DNA of 37,942 bases from Candidatus Woesearchaeota archaeon (GTDB lineage: Archaea; Nanobdellota; Nanobdellia; Pacearchaeales; GW2011-AR1): assembly GCA_964358615.1 (NCBI GenBank), contig CAYHOV010000004.1:1-37942 (forward strand). Reading direction: 5' to 3'. The position numbers and the translations under genes were made by a program. Position 1 is the first letter of the stretch; each line of letters starts with the position of its first letter. Of the stretch, positions 17,568 to 26,775 are shown piece by piece. A model generated the notes under the pieces. It was given only the letters and a program-made list of their open reading frames with translations. It did not search any database and was not told the origin of the DNA.

Positions 17568-19055
17568 ATGAAACCAAAAATATTATTAATAAATCCTTCT
17601 TTAACGGGATTGTTCAGCGCAGGCATCGGTACTGTAAAAGTTCCTCTGGGGCTTGCATATATTGCAGCATATCTTGAAAAATATGGCTATGAAGTAAAGA
17701 TAATCGATTGCGTGGCCAATTATGAAAATGTAAAACACATAAAAAATGACATATATAGAATCGGACTTTCGGAGGATAGACTCGCCCAATCAATCAAAGA
17801 ATATAATCCTCAAATCGTCGGTATAAGCTGCAGTTTCACGATCTATGAAGAAGACAGTTTTAGGATTGCAAAAATAGTAAAAGAAAATTCTGATGCTCTT
17901 GTCGTCGTCGGGGGGGCTCATTCTTCTGCGAATCCCGAATCGGCATTAAAATGCAAAGATATAGACTTAGCAGTAATCGGCGAAGGAGAATTAACTTTTC
18001 TTGAAATCATAAAAAATTATAAAAATTATAAAAAAATAGATGGCATTGCATTTAGAACAAAGAATGGAGTAAAGAAAAACCATGCACATAAATTTATTAA
18101 GGATCTTGATGAAATACCTTTTCCTGCAAGACATCTTCTGCCGATGGAAAAATATCTAAAACATCCTCAAAATTCTATGGCAAATATGAGGGGTCCTACA
18201 ACAGAGATAATCTCTAGCAGGGGATGTCCTTTCACTTGCATATTCTGCTCAATATGCAGTGTCTGGGGCAGGAAATGGAGAGCAAGAAGCGCTAAAAATG
18301 TCGTTGACGAATTAGAACAACTGCAGAAAAATTATGGAATAAGAGAGTTTAGATTTTTCGACGATAATATCTCCTGGAACAAAAAAAGAATGAGCGAAAT
18401 ATGCGATGAAATAATAAAAAGAAAATTAGATATCAGATGGGATACTCCTAATGGGGTAGCGATTGCGACGCTGGATGAAAATATTTTAAGAAAAATGAAA
18501 CAGGCGGGATATTATAAAATCATTATGGGAATTGAGTCTGGAAGTGAAGAGACATTAAGATTTATGAGGAAACCGGTAGGATTGGAACATGCAAGAAAAA
18601 TAATAAAAATATGCAACAAATTAGGAATATGGACTTGGTCAACTTTTGTTATCGGCTTTCCAAATGAAACCCGAGAAGAGATCCAAAAGACGATAGATTT
18701 CGCTAAAAAATCTGGGTTAAACTTTGTAACATTTTACATTGCTCAACCCTATCCTGGAACAGAAATGTATGAAATCTATAGAAAAGAAGGATTGTTAAAA
18801 AAAGGGATCAAAAAAACAAGTACGGTTACGCACACAGAATATGATACTAATTATTTCAAAGCAGAAGAACTAAGAGAAATACAAAAAAAAGCTTATTCTG
18901 AATTCATAAAATATCGACTCATATCTTATCTGAATCCGATAAAATTGTATAATGAATTTTTAAACAGGATAAGAAGTTTTGAAGATTTTTTTTATGTTAT
19001 CCGAATGGGCCTCAATCTTATAGGAAAAGAATACAGCCCGATTTATAAAAAGTAG
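17568..19055 (+). CDS. Cobalamin-binding (class B) radical SAM protein #2
   Basis: Motifs PLGLAYIAA, GGAH, GEGE, SRGCPFTCIFC, DDN, GIESG and PYPGT. Confidence 0.92.
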   Translation: MKPKILLINPSLTGLFSAGIGTVKVPLGLAYIAAYLEKYGYEVKIIDCVANYENVKHIKNDIYRIGLSEDRLAQSIKEYNPQIVGISCSFTIYEEDSFRIAKIVKENSDALVVVGGAHSSANPESALKCKDIDLAVIGEGELTFLEIIKNYKNYKKIDGIAFRTKNGVKKNHAHKFIKDLDEIPFPARHLLPMEKYLKHPQNSMANMRGPTTEIISSRGCPFTCIFCSICSVWGRKWRARSAKNVVDELEQLQKNYGIREFRFFDDNISWNKKRMSEICDEIIKRKLDIRWDTPNGVAIATLDENILRKMKQAGYYKIIMGIESGSEETLRFMRKPVGLEHARKIIKICNKLGIWTWSTFVIGFPNETREEIQKTIDFAKKSGLNFVTFYIAQPYPGTEMYEIYRKEGLLKKGIKKTSTVTHTEYDTNYFKAEELREIQKKAYSEFIKYRLISYLNPIKLYNEFLNRIRSFEDFFYVIRMGLNLIGKEYSPIYKK

Positions 19056-19069
19056 AAAACCTCAAAAAA

Positions 19070-19948
19070 TTATTTTGTACTTTCTACTCTTACCCATATT
19101 TTTTCAAATTTTTTCTGTCTGAGATTAATATCAATGAATATCAGGGCCCAGAGATATAATCTGGAAAAAATCAGGGCAGAGGTATAAAAAAATTCTTTTA
19201 ATGTCTTTGGATAGGCCAAAACATCGAATATGCCTGAACTCTCTTTTGAAAAAGAACGCATTCTTTCTTTTTCCTCGATGAAATATTTTAATTGATTATA
19301 TCCCCCTGCAGAACGCTTTTTTTGTTTTATCCAATCATTAAAATTTGTAGGATATTTAACATAAACCAAAGAACTTGGAGAATAAAGGGTTTTGTAACCT
19401 CGTTCGTGGATCATGTGAGAGATAACTGCGTCGTCGGCCAGAGATTCCTCAGGAATTTTATCTATTATGCCCGATCTAATCGCATAGAGATAGCCAGAAC
19501 ATACAATAACTTTTTTTTCTTTTACCATTTTTTTTCTGACTTTATCGGCAATATCTGTCAGCAGATGAGACCAGAAGCCGAGCATGTTATTTCTCGGATT
19601 TAAGGATATTGGCCGTCCTGTAACTGCTCCGACTCTTTTGTCTTTGAACATTTCTATCATCTGTTTGAGTGAATGTTCGTCGATATATACGTCGCCATCA
19701 CTCAGAATAAGAATATTGCCTTTTGCTTTTTTAAAAGCGAGATTAAGTGCGGCGGGCTTTCCACGACCTTGGTCTTGAATTATTTTTAATTTTTTATTTT
19801 TTATTTTTTTTGCTTCGTCGAGAGTCTCCTTATCGGGAGCAAGAACGAGTATTTCATAGCTTTCCTTAATTTTATTATCTAAAAAAGATCGTATTGCTTT
19901 CTGTATTGTCTTGGGTTCTTTATATGCTGTAAGTATTATGCTTATCAT
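19070..19948 (-). CDS. GT2 glycosyltransferase
   Basis: Motifs GKPAALN, LSDGD, SGYLYAIR, ADD and QKKRS (QxxRW-like). Confidence 0.88.
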   Translation of the reverse strand: MISIILTAYKEPKTIQKAIRSFLDNKIKESYEILVLAPDKETLDEAKKIKNKKLKIIQDQGRGKPAALNLAFKKAKGNILILSDGDVYIDEHSLKQMIEMFKDKRVGAVTGRPISLNPRNNMLGFWSHLLTDIADKVRKKMVKEKKVIVCSGYLYAIRSGIIDKIPEESLADDAVISHMIHERGYKTLYSPSSLVYVKYPTNFNDWIKQKKRSAGGYNQLKYFIEEKERMRSFSKESSGIFDVLAYPKTLKEFFYTSALIFSRLYLWALIFIDINLRQKKFEKIWVRVESTK

Positions 19949-21057
19949 CTTAATCTTCTAAATAATTCTAAATAGGATTTAATTAATTTTTCCCAGGAGT
20001 AAAATTTGGCATCGGAAGATGCTTTTTTCTGGATGTTAATATTTCCTTTAATATTCTTTGCGATAATCTCTGCTAGGGCCTGAAAATCGCCTATATCAAA
20101 TAAAAAACCATTTTTTCTGTCCTGGATTATCTCTTTTCCTCCGTCGGTTTTACTCGAAATTACAATCTTCACACGGGACATTGCTTCAAGCAAAACTTGG
20201 GGCATTGCTTCTCGCTTACTTGGAAGAACAAATATTTTATGGTTGTCGATTAAACTTATTTTTTTTGAGAGGTCGTAAATCGGAGGAAATACCCGGATAT
20301 TTTTTATTTTTTCTGTTTTTATGATATTTTTTAGATTGATCAAATAATCTTCTTCTGCACTACCGACGATTGAGAAATTTATTTGGGGCAAATGTTTTGC
20401 AGCGAATATTAAACTCTCGAGATTTTTAACCGGTGCGATCCTTCCTAAGAATAGGACGTCTTTATGGGGCTTTATCTTTTTTTGAATAAAAAACTGTGAC
20501 GGCAAACCATTGGGAATGTAGGCAATTTTTTCTTTTTTTACACCTAGATTAAGCAAATAGGGAATTTCCCATTTTGTTATTGCAATAATTTTTTCAAAAT
20601 AATTTATTCTTGGTTTGACTTTAATGGAATTATAAATCGATGTGATCATGCCGAGGGGAAATCTTCGCTTAACATTAAATGGTGCGTGAGTCACAAGGTA
20701 GCAGGGAATATTATATTTTTTAGATAATTTCAGGGCCTTGAATGAATGAGGATGAAGCAGGTGAGTTATCACGATGTCGGGAGAATATTCTTGAAAGGCC
20801 TTAGCAAAATTAAAAGAATAAACATTTTTTGAGGCAAGAGAAGATTTTGATTTAAATCTATTTATCTTTAAATCGTCGATGTTTTCTGACTCGCAGGCAG
20901 TGTTTCCTGTACCTTTCTCGATATTTGAGGAAAATATGCAGACCTCATGGCCTAACTTACTAAATTCAAGACTTTCTTGCATAACTCTGGCCCAGACTCC
21001 ACAAATGCCTGCTGAAAATGGGCAGATCTCAAGGATTTTGAGCTTGGTTTTCTTCAT
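19945..21057 (-). CDS. GT4 (GT-B) glycosyltransferase
   Basis: Motifs IPNG, FLGRIAPVKN and FVLPSKREAMPQVLLEAM (EX7E). Confidence 0.92.
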   Translation of the reverse strand: MKKTKLKILEICPFSAGICGVWARVMQESLEFSKLGHEVCIFSSNIEKGTGNTACESENIDDLKINRFKSKSSLASKNVYSFNFAKAFQEYSPDIVITHLLHPHSFKALKLSKKYNIPCYLVTHAPFNVKRRFPLGMITSIYNSIKVKPRINYFEKIIAITKWEIPYLLNLGVKKEKIAYIPNGLPSQFFIQKKIKPHKDVLFLGRIAPVKNLESLIFAAKHLPQINFSIVGSAEEDYLINLKNIIKTEKIKNIRVFPPIYDLSKKISLIDNHKIFVLPSKREAMPQVLLEAMSRVKIVISSKTDGGKEIIQDRKNGFLFDIGDFQALAEIIAKNIKGNINIQKKASSDAKFYSWEKLIKSYLELFRRLR

Positions 21058-21078
21058 AAAAATATTAGGAGAATCAGC

Positions 21079-21086
21079 TTTAAAAA
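21079..21086. promoter_or_regulatory. Single TATA box centred between divergent genes
   Basis: TTTAAAAA (+) / TTTTTAAA (-) lies exactly 21 nt from ATG 21057 (-) and from ATG 21108 (+). Confidence 0.7.
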
Positions 21087-21107
21087 GTCGTTTATTTTTA
21101 TTTAAAC

Positions 21108-22148
21108 ATGAACCTCAAATACTTGATAAAAGAAGCAAAATATTATAGAAAATTGGACGGAGGCCTCAAAAGAGTATTTTGGAAATTTCTGTTTTACAAA
21201 ACTCCGCTGTCAAGACTGGTCAATACAAAAGCATATAATTATTTTTATAAAAAAAGAATGGAAAAATTCACGAAGGAACATAGGCCAACAATTCTTCAGA
21301 TAGAGAATACAAATATCTGCAATGCTCGGTGCATCATGTGCCCGCATGTAAATATGAAACGAAAGCAGAAGATAATGAAATTTGAGGATTTTAAAAAAAT
21401 TGTCGACGATTCTATGGCAAGTTATCCTAGCATAAGACTGTTAGTAATCACTGGTTTTGGAGAACCTCTGGTTGATCAGGGAATTGTTGAAAAAATAGAT
21501 TATGTAAATAAAAAATATCCTAATCTGCAGATCGATATATACACTAATGGCGGACTATTAAAAAAAGAATTGAGTGATGAATTACTTGAGAAAAAAATAC
21601 ACAAAATAAATTTCAGCATAAATGCGCTTGAAAAAGATTACAAGAAAATAATGGGGCTGAATTATGATAGTGTAAGTAAAAATATAATCTATTTTATGGA
21701 TAAAAGAAAAAGACTAAACCGAGAATATCCTCTTGTAAATATATCTATGATGATATTAAAACAAAATAAAGAAGATATACAAAAATTCATAGAACTCTGG
21801 GAAAAAAGAGCGGATTCTGTAATGACTTATATGCCTCTTGAATGGGCTGGTGGGAAAAAAGTAGATACTGTCGAAGAAGTCAAGATGAAAAAGAAAAGAT
21901 GGCCTTGCATCCCGCTTTGGCAAAGTATCATGGTCGATGTTGCGGGCGATATAATAATGTGCTGCCAAGATTATGAATCTAAAGTCACTTTTGGAAATGC
22001 TCTGAAACAGCCAATAAAAGAAATAATGAACTCGGAGAGATTCAAAAGAATACGGGAGCTTCAATTAAAGGGAATCTATAATATGCCTGTATGCAACACT
22101 TGCGATAATTGGGTCAATTCGAGTTTTAGCTGGTGGGAATATAATTAA
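21108..22148 (+). CDS. Radical SAM protein with SPASM/twitch-type C-terminal domain
   Basis: Motifs CNARCIMC, GFGEPL and TNG, with C-terminal PC..LW...GDIIMCCQD...GN...CNTC. Confidence 0.9.
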   Translation: MNLKYLIKEAKYYRKLDGGLKRVFWKFLFYKTPLSRLVNTKAYNYFYKKRMEKFTKEHRPTILQIENTNICNARCIMCPHVNMKRKQKIMKFEDFKKIVDDSMASYPSIRLLVITGFGEPLVDQGIVEKIDYVNKKYPNLQIDIYTNGGLLKKELSDELLEKKIHKINFSINALEKDYKKIMGLNYDSVSKNIIYFMDKRKRLNREYPLVNISMMILKQNKEDIQKFIELWEKRADSVMTYMPLEWAGGKKVDTVEEVKMKKKRWPCIPLWQSIMVDVAGDIIMCCQDYESKVTFGNALKQPIKEIMNSERFKRIRELQLKGIYNMPVCNTCDNWVNSSFSWWEYN

Positions 22149-22900
22149 TTCTTTTTTCCTACGAGAACCAGAGAATAGGCAAAATACTGATCTAAAAAAG
22201 AACCTTTTTCTTTATTTACAGAATCTATATCTTTTTTTCTAAAAATCCTAAATGGATTAATAAATCTAAATGAGCTGAAAAAAGAATCTCCGAAAAATTC
22301 TGGTTTTAAAAATCCGAGAGCTTTGCATATTTTTATAAATTCTTTTTTTGAGAATGGATATTCTTCGCCAAATTTCCAAATTCCAAGAAGTTTAGAAGCA
22401 AACATAAATAACTGATAGGGAAAATTATATTTATGGGGCACAGAGATTATCGTAACTCCGTGTTGATTTATTAAATCAAAATGTGATTTTACAATCTGTA
22501 TTCTCTCTTTGCCCTGGAAGTGCTCTGCTAAACCAAATGAAAGAGAAACGTCGTATTTCTTGAGAATATTCTTCGGAAGATTTAATGCGTCGGCTAAAAT
22601 ATATTTTGCATCACATCGATTTCTCTGAAAAAATTCCCGACTTCTTTCAAGAGCTTTTTTTGAATAATCTAGGATCGTTATTTTTGCTCCGCGTTTTGCA
22701 AAAAGCAAAGCGTTTGTTCCTGCTCCTGCGCCTATTTCGATAACATTTAAATTTTTAAAAGTCCCAAATTTTTTAATAATAACTTTTTCTATTCTCTGCC
22801 AACGAATGCTATTTTCCTCGACGACTAAATTATATCTGTCTTCTTTCTCTGAAGTCTCTTTCCAAAGATTATCCCAAAGTTCAGGAGTATTCTTCTGCAT
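22145..22900 (-). CDS. Class I SAM-dependent methyltransferase
   Basis: Motifs VIEIGAGAG, LDYS, ADALNL and SFGLAEHF. A TATA box (TTTAAATA, minus strand 22922-22929) lies 21 nt upstream. Confidence 0.88.
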   Translation of the reverse strand: MQKNTPELWDNLWKETSEKEDRYNLVVEENSIRWQRIEKVIIKKFGTFKNLNVIEIGAGAGTNALLFAKRGAKITILDYSKKALERSREFFQRNRCDAKYILADALNLPKNILKKYDVSLSFGLAEHFQGKERIQIVKSHFDLINQHGVTIISVPHKYNFPYQLFMFASKLLGIWKFGEEYPFSKKEFIKICKALGFLKPEFFGDSFFSSFRFINPFRIFRKKDIDSVNKEKGSFLDQYFAYSLVLVGKKN

Positions 22901-22995
22901 AAAATTCCGAGACTACTCGGGTATTTAAATTGTTTTAATCTTAAACATAAATCCAATACAATAATGCTTTTAAACACAAAATTATCAGGCATTTA

Positions 22996-24327
22996 ATGAA
23001 ACGCGAGAAAGTATTATTAGTAAGGGCGCCGAATATTTTCAAGTCAGCGCAATGGAAAAAACAAGGAGTTTTAAGAACTCCTACAAATTTGGCCCTACTC
23101 GGATCATATATCCGAGAACATGGAGCATATGAACCAGAAATTCTTGATTTTGAATTAGATGATTCTAAGGATTTAGCAGATATTGCTGGAAAGATTGTGT
23201 CTAGAAATGCTAGATATGCGGGATTTTCAACGCTTACTCCACGTTTTCCTACGATAATGAGGATCTGCGGGGAATTAAAAAAAATAGATCCTGCGATTAA
23301 AACGATTTTGGGCGGACCGCATATTTCCGGAAGGCCACAAGATTGTAGATATCCTGGAATTGACTATGGAATTGTCGGAGAGGGTGAACAGGGATTTTTG
23401 GCGTTGTTAAATAATCTTGTAGCAGGAAGAGATGTTTCAAAAACGCCTAATTTAGTATCTCGAACAGCCGACGGAGAAATTGTTGTCAATCCTAAAGCGC
23501 AGTTTATAAAGGATTTGGATTCATTGCCTCTGCCTGCGTGGGATCTGTTGAATATGGGCGAATACAAAGACCCTCCATTTTTTGGCGATGAGCCCCATGC
23601 AGGAATTTTTACGACGAGAGGCTGTCCGCAGAATTGTATCTTTTGCGCATCAGGAGTCACCTGGGAAAGAAGATTGAGATCCAGATCAGTGGACAATGTA
23701 ATGGAAGAAATCCACAAACTCGCAGATAATTTTGGAACTAAAAATCTTTATTTTTATGACGATCATTTTGCGGCAAAACGTTCGAGAGCTTTAGATCTTT
23801 GTGATCGGCTCGCTTCTGAAAGACCCGGTACGAAATATATTGTGCAAATCAGAGCAGACTCTGTAAATGAAGAGCTTGCACAGTCTCTTAATAGATCTGG
23901 ATGTATTTCTGCTGCTCTTGGAATAGAAAGTGGAAATGAAGAAATGTTGAGAGCAATCAATAAGAGAGAAACAAAAGATGAAATGCGAATTGCTGTAAAA
24001 ATGCTGAAATCTGCTGGAGTGCCAATCACGACAAGCTATATAATCGGATTGCCAGGAGACACTCATGAGACTATAAAAGAAACTCTTGATTTTGCCCGCG
24101 AGTTAAATACAGAACAAATGAAATTCATGCTTCTTACTCCTGTTCCTGGAACAGATGTCTATAGAATGGCTGTTGAACGAGGACTGTTAGACCCTGAAAA
24201 TCTTGAGCAAATGGAAAAAACAACTTTCTACGATGCTACGGCTGTAAATTTATCTGCGGTCTCTACTGAAGACCTATTACGCTATCAGGATATTGCATAT
24301 CGTGAGTTAGATAGGAAGGGGGTATAA
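22996..24327 (+). CDS. Cobalamin-binding (class B) radical SAM protein #3
   Basis: Motifs GGPHIS, GEGE, TRGCPQNCIFC, YDD, GIESG and PVPGT. Confidence 0.92.
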   Translation: MKREKVLLVRAPNIFKSAQWKKQGVLRTPTNLALLGSYIREHGAYEPEILDFELDDSKDLADIAGKIVSRNARYAGFSTLTPRFPTIMRICGELKKIDPAIKTILGGPHISGRPQDCRYPGIDYGIVGEGEQGFLALLNNLVAGRDVSKTPNLVSRTADGEIVVNPKAQFIKDLDSLPLPAWDLLNMGEYKDPPFFGDEPHAGIFTTRGCPQNCIFCASGVTWERRLRSRSVDNVMEEIHKLADNFGTKNLYFYDDHFAAKRSRALDLCDRLASERPGTKYIVQIRADSVNEELAQSLNRSGCISAALGIESGNEEMLRAINKRETKDEMRIAVKMLKSAGVPITTSYIIGLPGDTHETIKETLDFARELNTEQMKFMLLTPVPGTDVYRMAVERGLLDPENLEQMEKTTFYDATAVNLSAVSTEDLLRYQDIAYRELDRKGV

Positions 24328-24328
24328 C

Positions 24329-24843
24329 TTGAAAAAACTAAACTTCGGATCAGGAGAAAAGATAATGGGGGGGAGTTTGATAACGCCGATCTAGATGATC
24401 ATTGTGGCGCTAATATTTGTTTTGATTTTAATAAATTTCCTTACCCGATTAAAAGCAATACTTATGACTATATCCTCGCAAATCATGTTCTTGAACATTT
24501 AAAAGATCCCGAAGACGCTATTTGGGAATTATGCAGAATAGCAAAACCAAATGCAATACTGCAAATAAATGTTCCTCATTTCAATTCAGAAGGTGCATTC
24601 TGTCTGGGGCATAGAAATTTCTGGAATGAAACTAGTTTTATTCATTTAGAAACTCCGGATGGGAATTGGAATCCAATTAGAGATTGCAAGCTTAAAATAA
24701 TAGGATTGAAAATAATCCCCTCTATATTTGGGAAATTGATACCAACATATTGGCTGAGAAGAAAAGTAAGTCTATTGCTTCGAGGAGTATATAAACATAT
24801 GGAAGTAAAATTAAAGATAATCAAAAATTCCCATCAAAGGTAA
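24329..24843 (+). pseudogene. Short class I methyltransferase frameshifted at a G7 tract (paralog of 14557-15078); possibly phase-variable
   Basis: TTG 24329 opens MKKLNFGSGEKIMGG, then hits TAG at 24392-24394. The -1 frame from 24373 gives EFDNAD...KFPYPIK..YDYILANHVLEH...VPHF...LGHRNF to TAA 24841-24843. One extra G in the run 24367-24373 restores a 171-aa ORF. Confidence 0.85.
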
Positions 24844-24887
24844 ATACTTGAATATCTGCTTTTTTACGGTTGTCAGTTCTCGCTAGA

Positions 24888-24895
24888 TTTATATA
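24888..24895 (+). promoter_or_regulatory. TATA box for GT25 gene
   Basis: TTTATATA ends 21 nt before ATG 24917. Confidence 0.6.
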
Positions 24896-24916
24896 ATTCT
24901 CTATCTCCGATTAATC

Positions 24917-25783
24917 ATGGAAATTAAAGGACTTGAAAAAATCTACATAATCCATTATGTAAAACTTGTTGAAAGGCGGGCGTATCTTGAAAGAAGATTA
25001 AGAGAACTTGGCTTGGAAGATTATGCAGAATGGGTTATCTCTACAAAAGATGGCAGTTTTCCGAAAAAAGAATTGGCAATGCAGGACTCGAGTGAGCAGG
25101 CAATGGCTGAAAGAAAAAAATATCTTGGAGAAAAAATCCCGCCAATCGGCAGAATCGATATGATAATGATGCTCCAACATATCCAGGTCCTAAGAAAAAT
25201 AGCGAGCAATAAAAAAGAAAATGTTTCGATGGTCTTTGAGGATGATGTGCTTCTCGACGACGATTTTCCAGATAAACTAAGGGAAAGTGTAGACAAACTC
25301 AGAAATATTGAATGGGATATTTGCTATACTGATAAAGGATCGCTGCTTGTTGAGCCAAATGTAAGAAAAGAAAAAAATTCTTTGTTAACCCTGTATGAAT
25401 CACGAGATAAAAGAGCAAACACTACGGGCTCGTTTTTAATAAAATCTGCTGGTGCAAAATTACTTCTGAAACTTATGAAAAAAATAACTCTTGGGCCAGA
25501 TATGGAATTGACCTATGTGCAGAAAAAAAATAATTTAAACGTTTACTGGACTGTGCCTTTTTTGACTCATCAGGGTTCTATCGAGGAAGTCTATCAGTCC
25601 AATGTAAGAAGGGGTTCGATTGCCGGACGAGTAATAAAAATAACAAAAAAAATAGAAAAATTCAGCCCTGCTTTGGCAATGCTAATCTCGAGGTCTGCTA
25701 ATTTTACAATGAAACTCGCGAATAATTCTAGATTTTTTTCTGTTTTGAAAAATAAAGTGAAAAGATTGATGAAACTTCAGTAG
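24917..25783 (+). CDS. GT25-like glycosyltransferase
   Basis: Motifs IYIIHY.KLVERR, QH, VFEDDV, TGSFLI...GAK and D...P.LTHQGS. Confidence 0.75.
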   Translation: MEIKGLEKIYIIHYVKLVERRAYLERRLRELGLEDYAEWVISTKDGSFPKKELAMQDSSEQAMAERKKYLGEKIPPIGRIDMIMMLQHIQVLRKIASNKKENVSMVFEDDVLLDDDFPDKLRESVDKLRNIEWDICYTDKGSLLVEPNVRKEKNSLLTLYESRDKRANTTGSFLIKSAGAKLLLKLMKKITLGPDMELTYVQKKNNLNVYWTVPFLTHQGSIEEVYQSNVRRGSIAGRVIKITKKIEKFSPALAMLISRSANFTMKLANNSRFFSVLKNKVKRLMKLQ

Positions 25784-25851
25784 GCTCTGATTTTTTAATA
25801 TAGATACTCAAGAATAATTAAACTTAAAAACTGGATTTTGATTGAAAAATA

Positions 25852-26775
25852 ATGCAAGTATTGATCACTGGAGCGTCGGGATTTTTAGGAAGACATTTAT
25901 CGAGAAGACTTATTTCTGAAGGACATGAAGTCACTCCGCTAAGCAGCAAAGATTGCGATCTTACTTCACAGGGTTCGCTTGAAAAAAGACTTGCGGGGCA
26001 AAGATTTGATCAAATTTTTCATCTAGCTTCTTGGAGCAGAGCAGGAGCATTTTGCAGAGAACATCCTGGTTCTCAGATAATTGTAAATCAAAGGATAGAT
26101 GTCAATGCTCTGGACTACTGGAGAAAGGAACAGCCTCAAGCAAAAATGGTTGCTATGGGCAGCAGTGTTGCCTATGATCCAAGATTGCCGCTAAAAGAAG
26201 GGTATTATCTCGAGGGAGAACCGATAGCAGATTATCTTGGATATGGTCACTCAAAAAAAATGCTCTATGCTGCTCTAAAAGGATTAAATAGAGAATTTGG
26301 TCTTGATTTTATGTGCTTTGTCCCTTCGACATTGTATGGTCCGGACTATCACACTGACGAGAGACCGATGCATTTTATCTATGATCTAATGAGAAAAATA
26401 ATAAGGGCAAAGAAAAAAGGGGAAGAAGTTGTTTTGTGGGGAGATGGCAGTCAGGAAAGAGAAATTGTGCATGTAAATGATTTCATAGAAATTATGCTCA
26501 GGATAAATTCTGGCCATAAAAATGAGCTGGTAAATATTGGCTCTGGAAAAAGCAGACAGATAAAAGATTTCGCTAGAATGATCTGCGACGCTGTTAGCTA
26601 TGATTTTACACAAATAAAATATGACACTACAAAACCGACAGGAGCTAAGTCAAAATATTTTGATCTGACTAAGATGCAGACAATGTGTCCGGATTTCAAA
26701 GAAAGAGATATGGCTCAGGGAATCCAAGAAACCATTGATTGGATGCTGAAACATCCAGAAGTCTATGAAAGATAG
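25852..26775 (+). CDS. GDP-L-fucose-synthase-like extended SDR (probable NDP-4-keto-sugar reductase)
   Basis: Motifs TGASGFLG, YGHSK, LYGP and LWGDGSQERE. It has GSSVAY where GMER has GSSCIY. TATA CTTAAAAA (25823-25830) lies 21 nt upstream. Confidence 0.85.
   Translation: MQVLITGASGFLGRHLSRRLISEGHEVTPLSSKDCDLTSQGSLEKRLAGQRFDQIFHLASWSRAGAFCREHPGSQIIVNQRIDVNALDYWRKEQPQAKMVAMGSSVAYDPRLPLKEGYYLEGEPIADYLGYGHSKKMLYAALKGLNREFGLDFMCFVPSTLYGPDYHTDERPMHFIYDLMRKIIRAKKKGEEVVLWGDGSQEREIVHVNDFIEIMLRINSGHKNELVNIGSGKSRQIKDFARMICDAVSYDFTQIKYDTTKPTGAKSKYFDLTKMQTMCPDFKERDMAQGIQETIDWMLKHPEVYER

Noticed and set aside
5886-17916. G7 runs in aglB (5886-5892) and rSAM#2 (17910-17916) as phase-variation sites
   Set aside because: Both are in frame and encode conserved Gly-Gly motifs (WGG, VGGAH). 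They are useful only as controls for the 24367 tract.
24325-24843. Stop read-through fusing rSAM#3 to the downstream methyltransferase frame (same frame, open after TAA)
   Set aside because: TAA is not a Sec/Pyl codon, and read-through would skip the SAM-binding KLNFGSG motif, which lies in the other frame.
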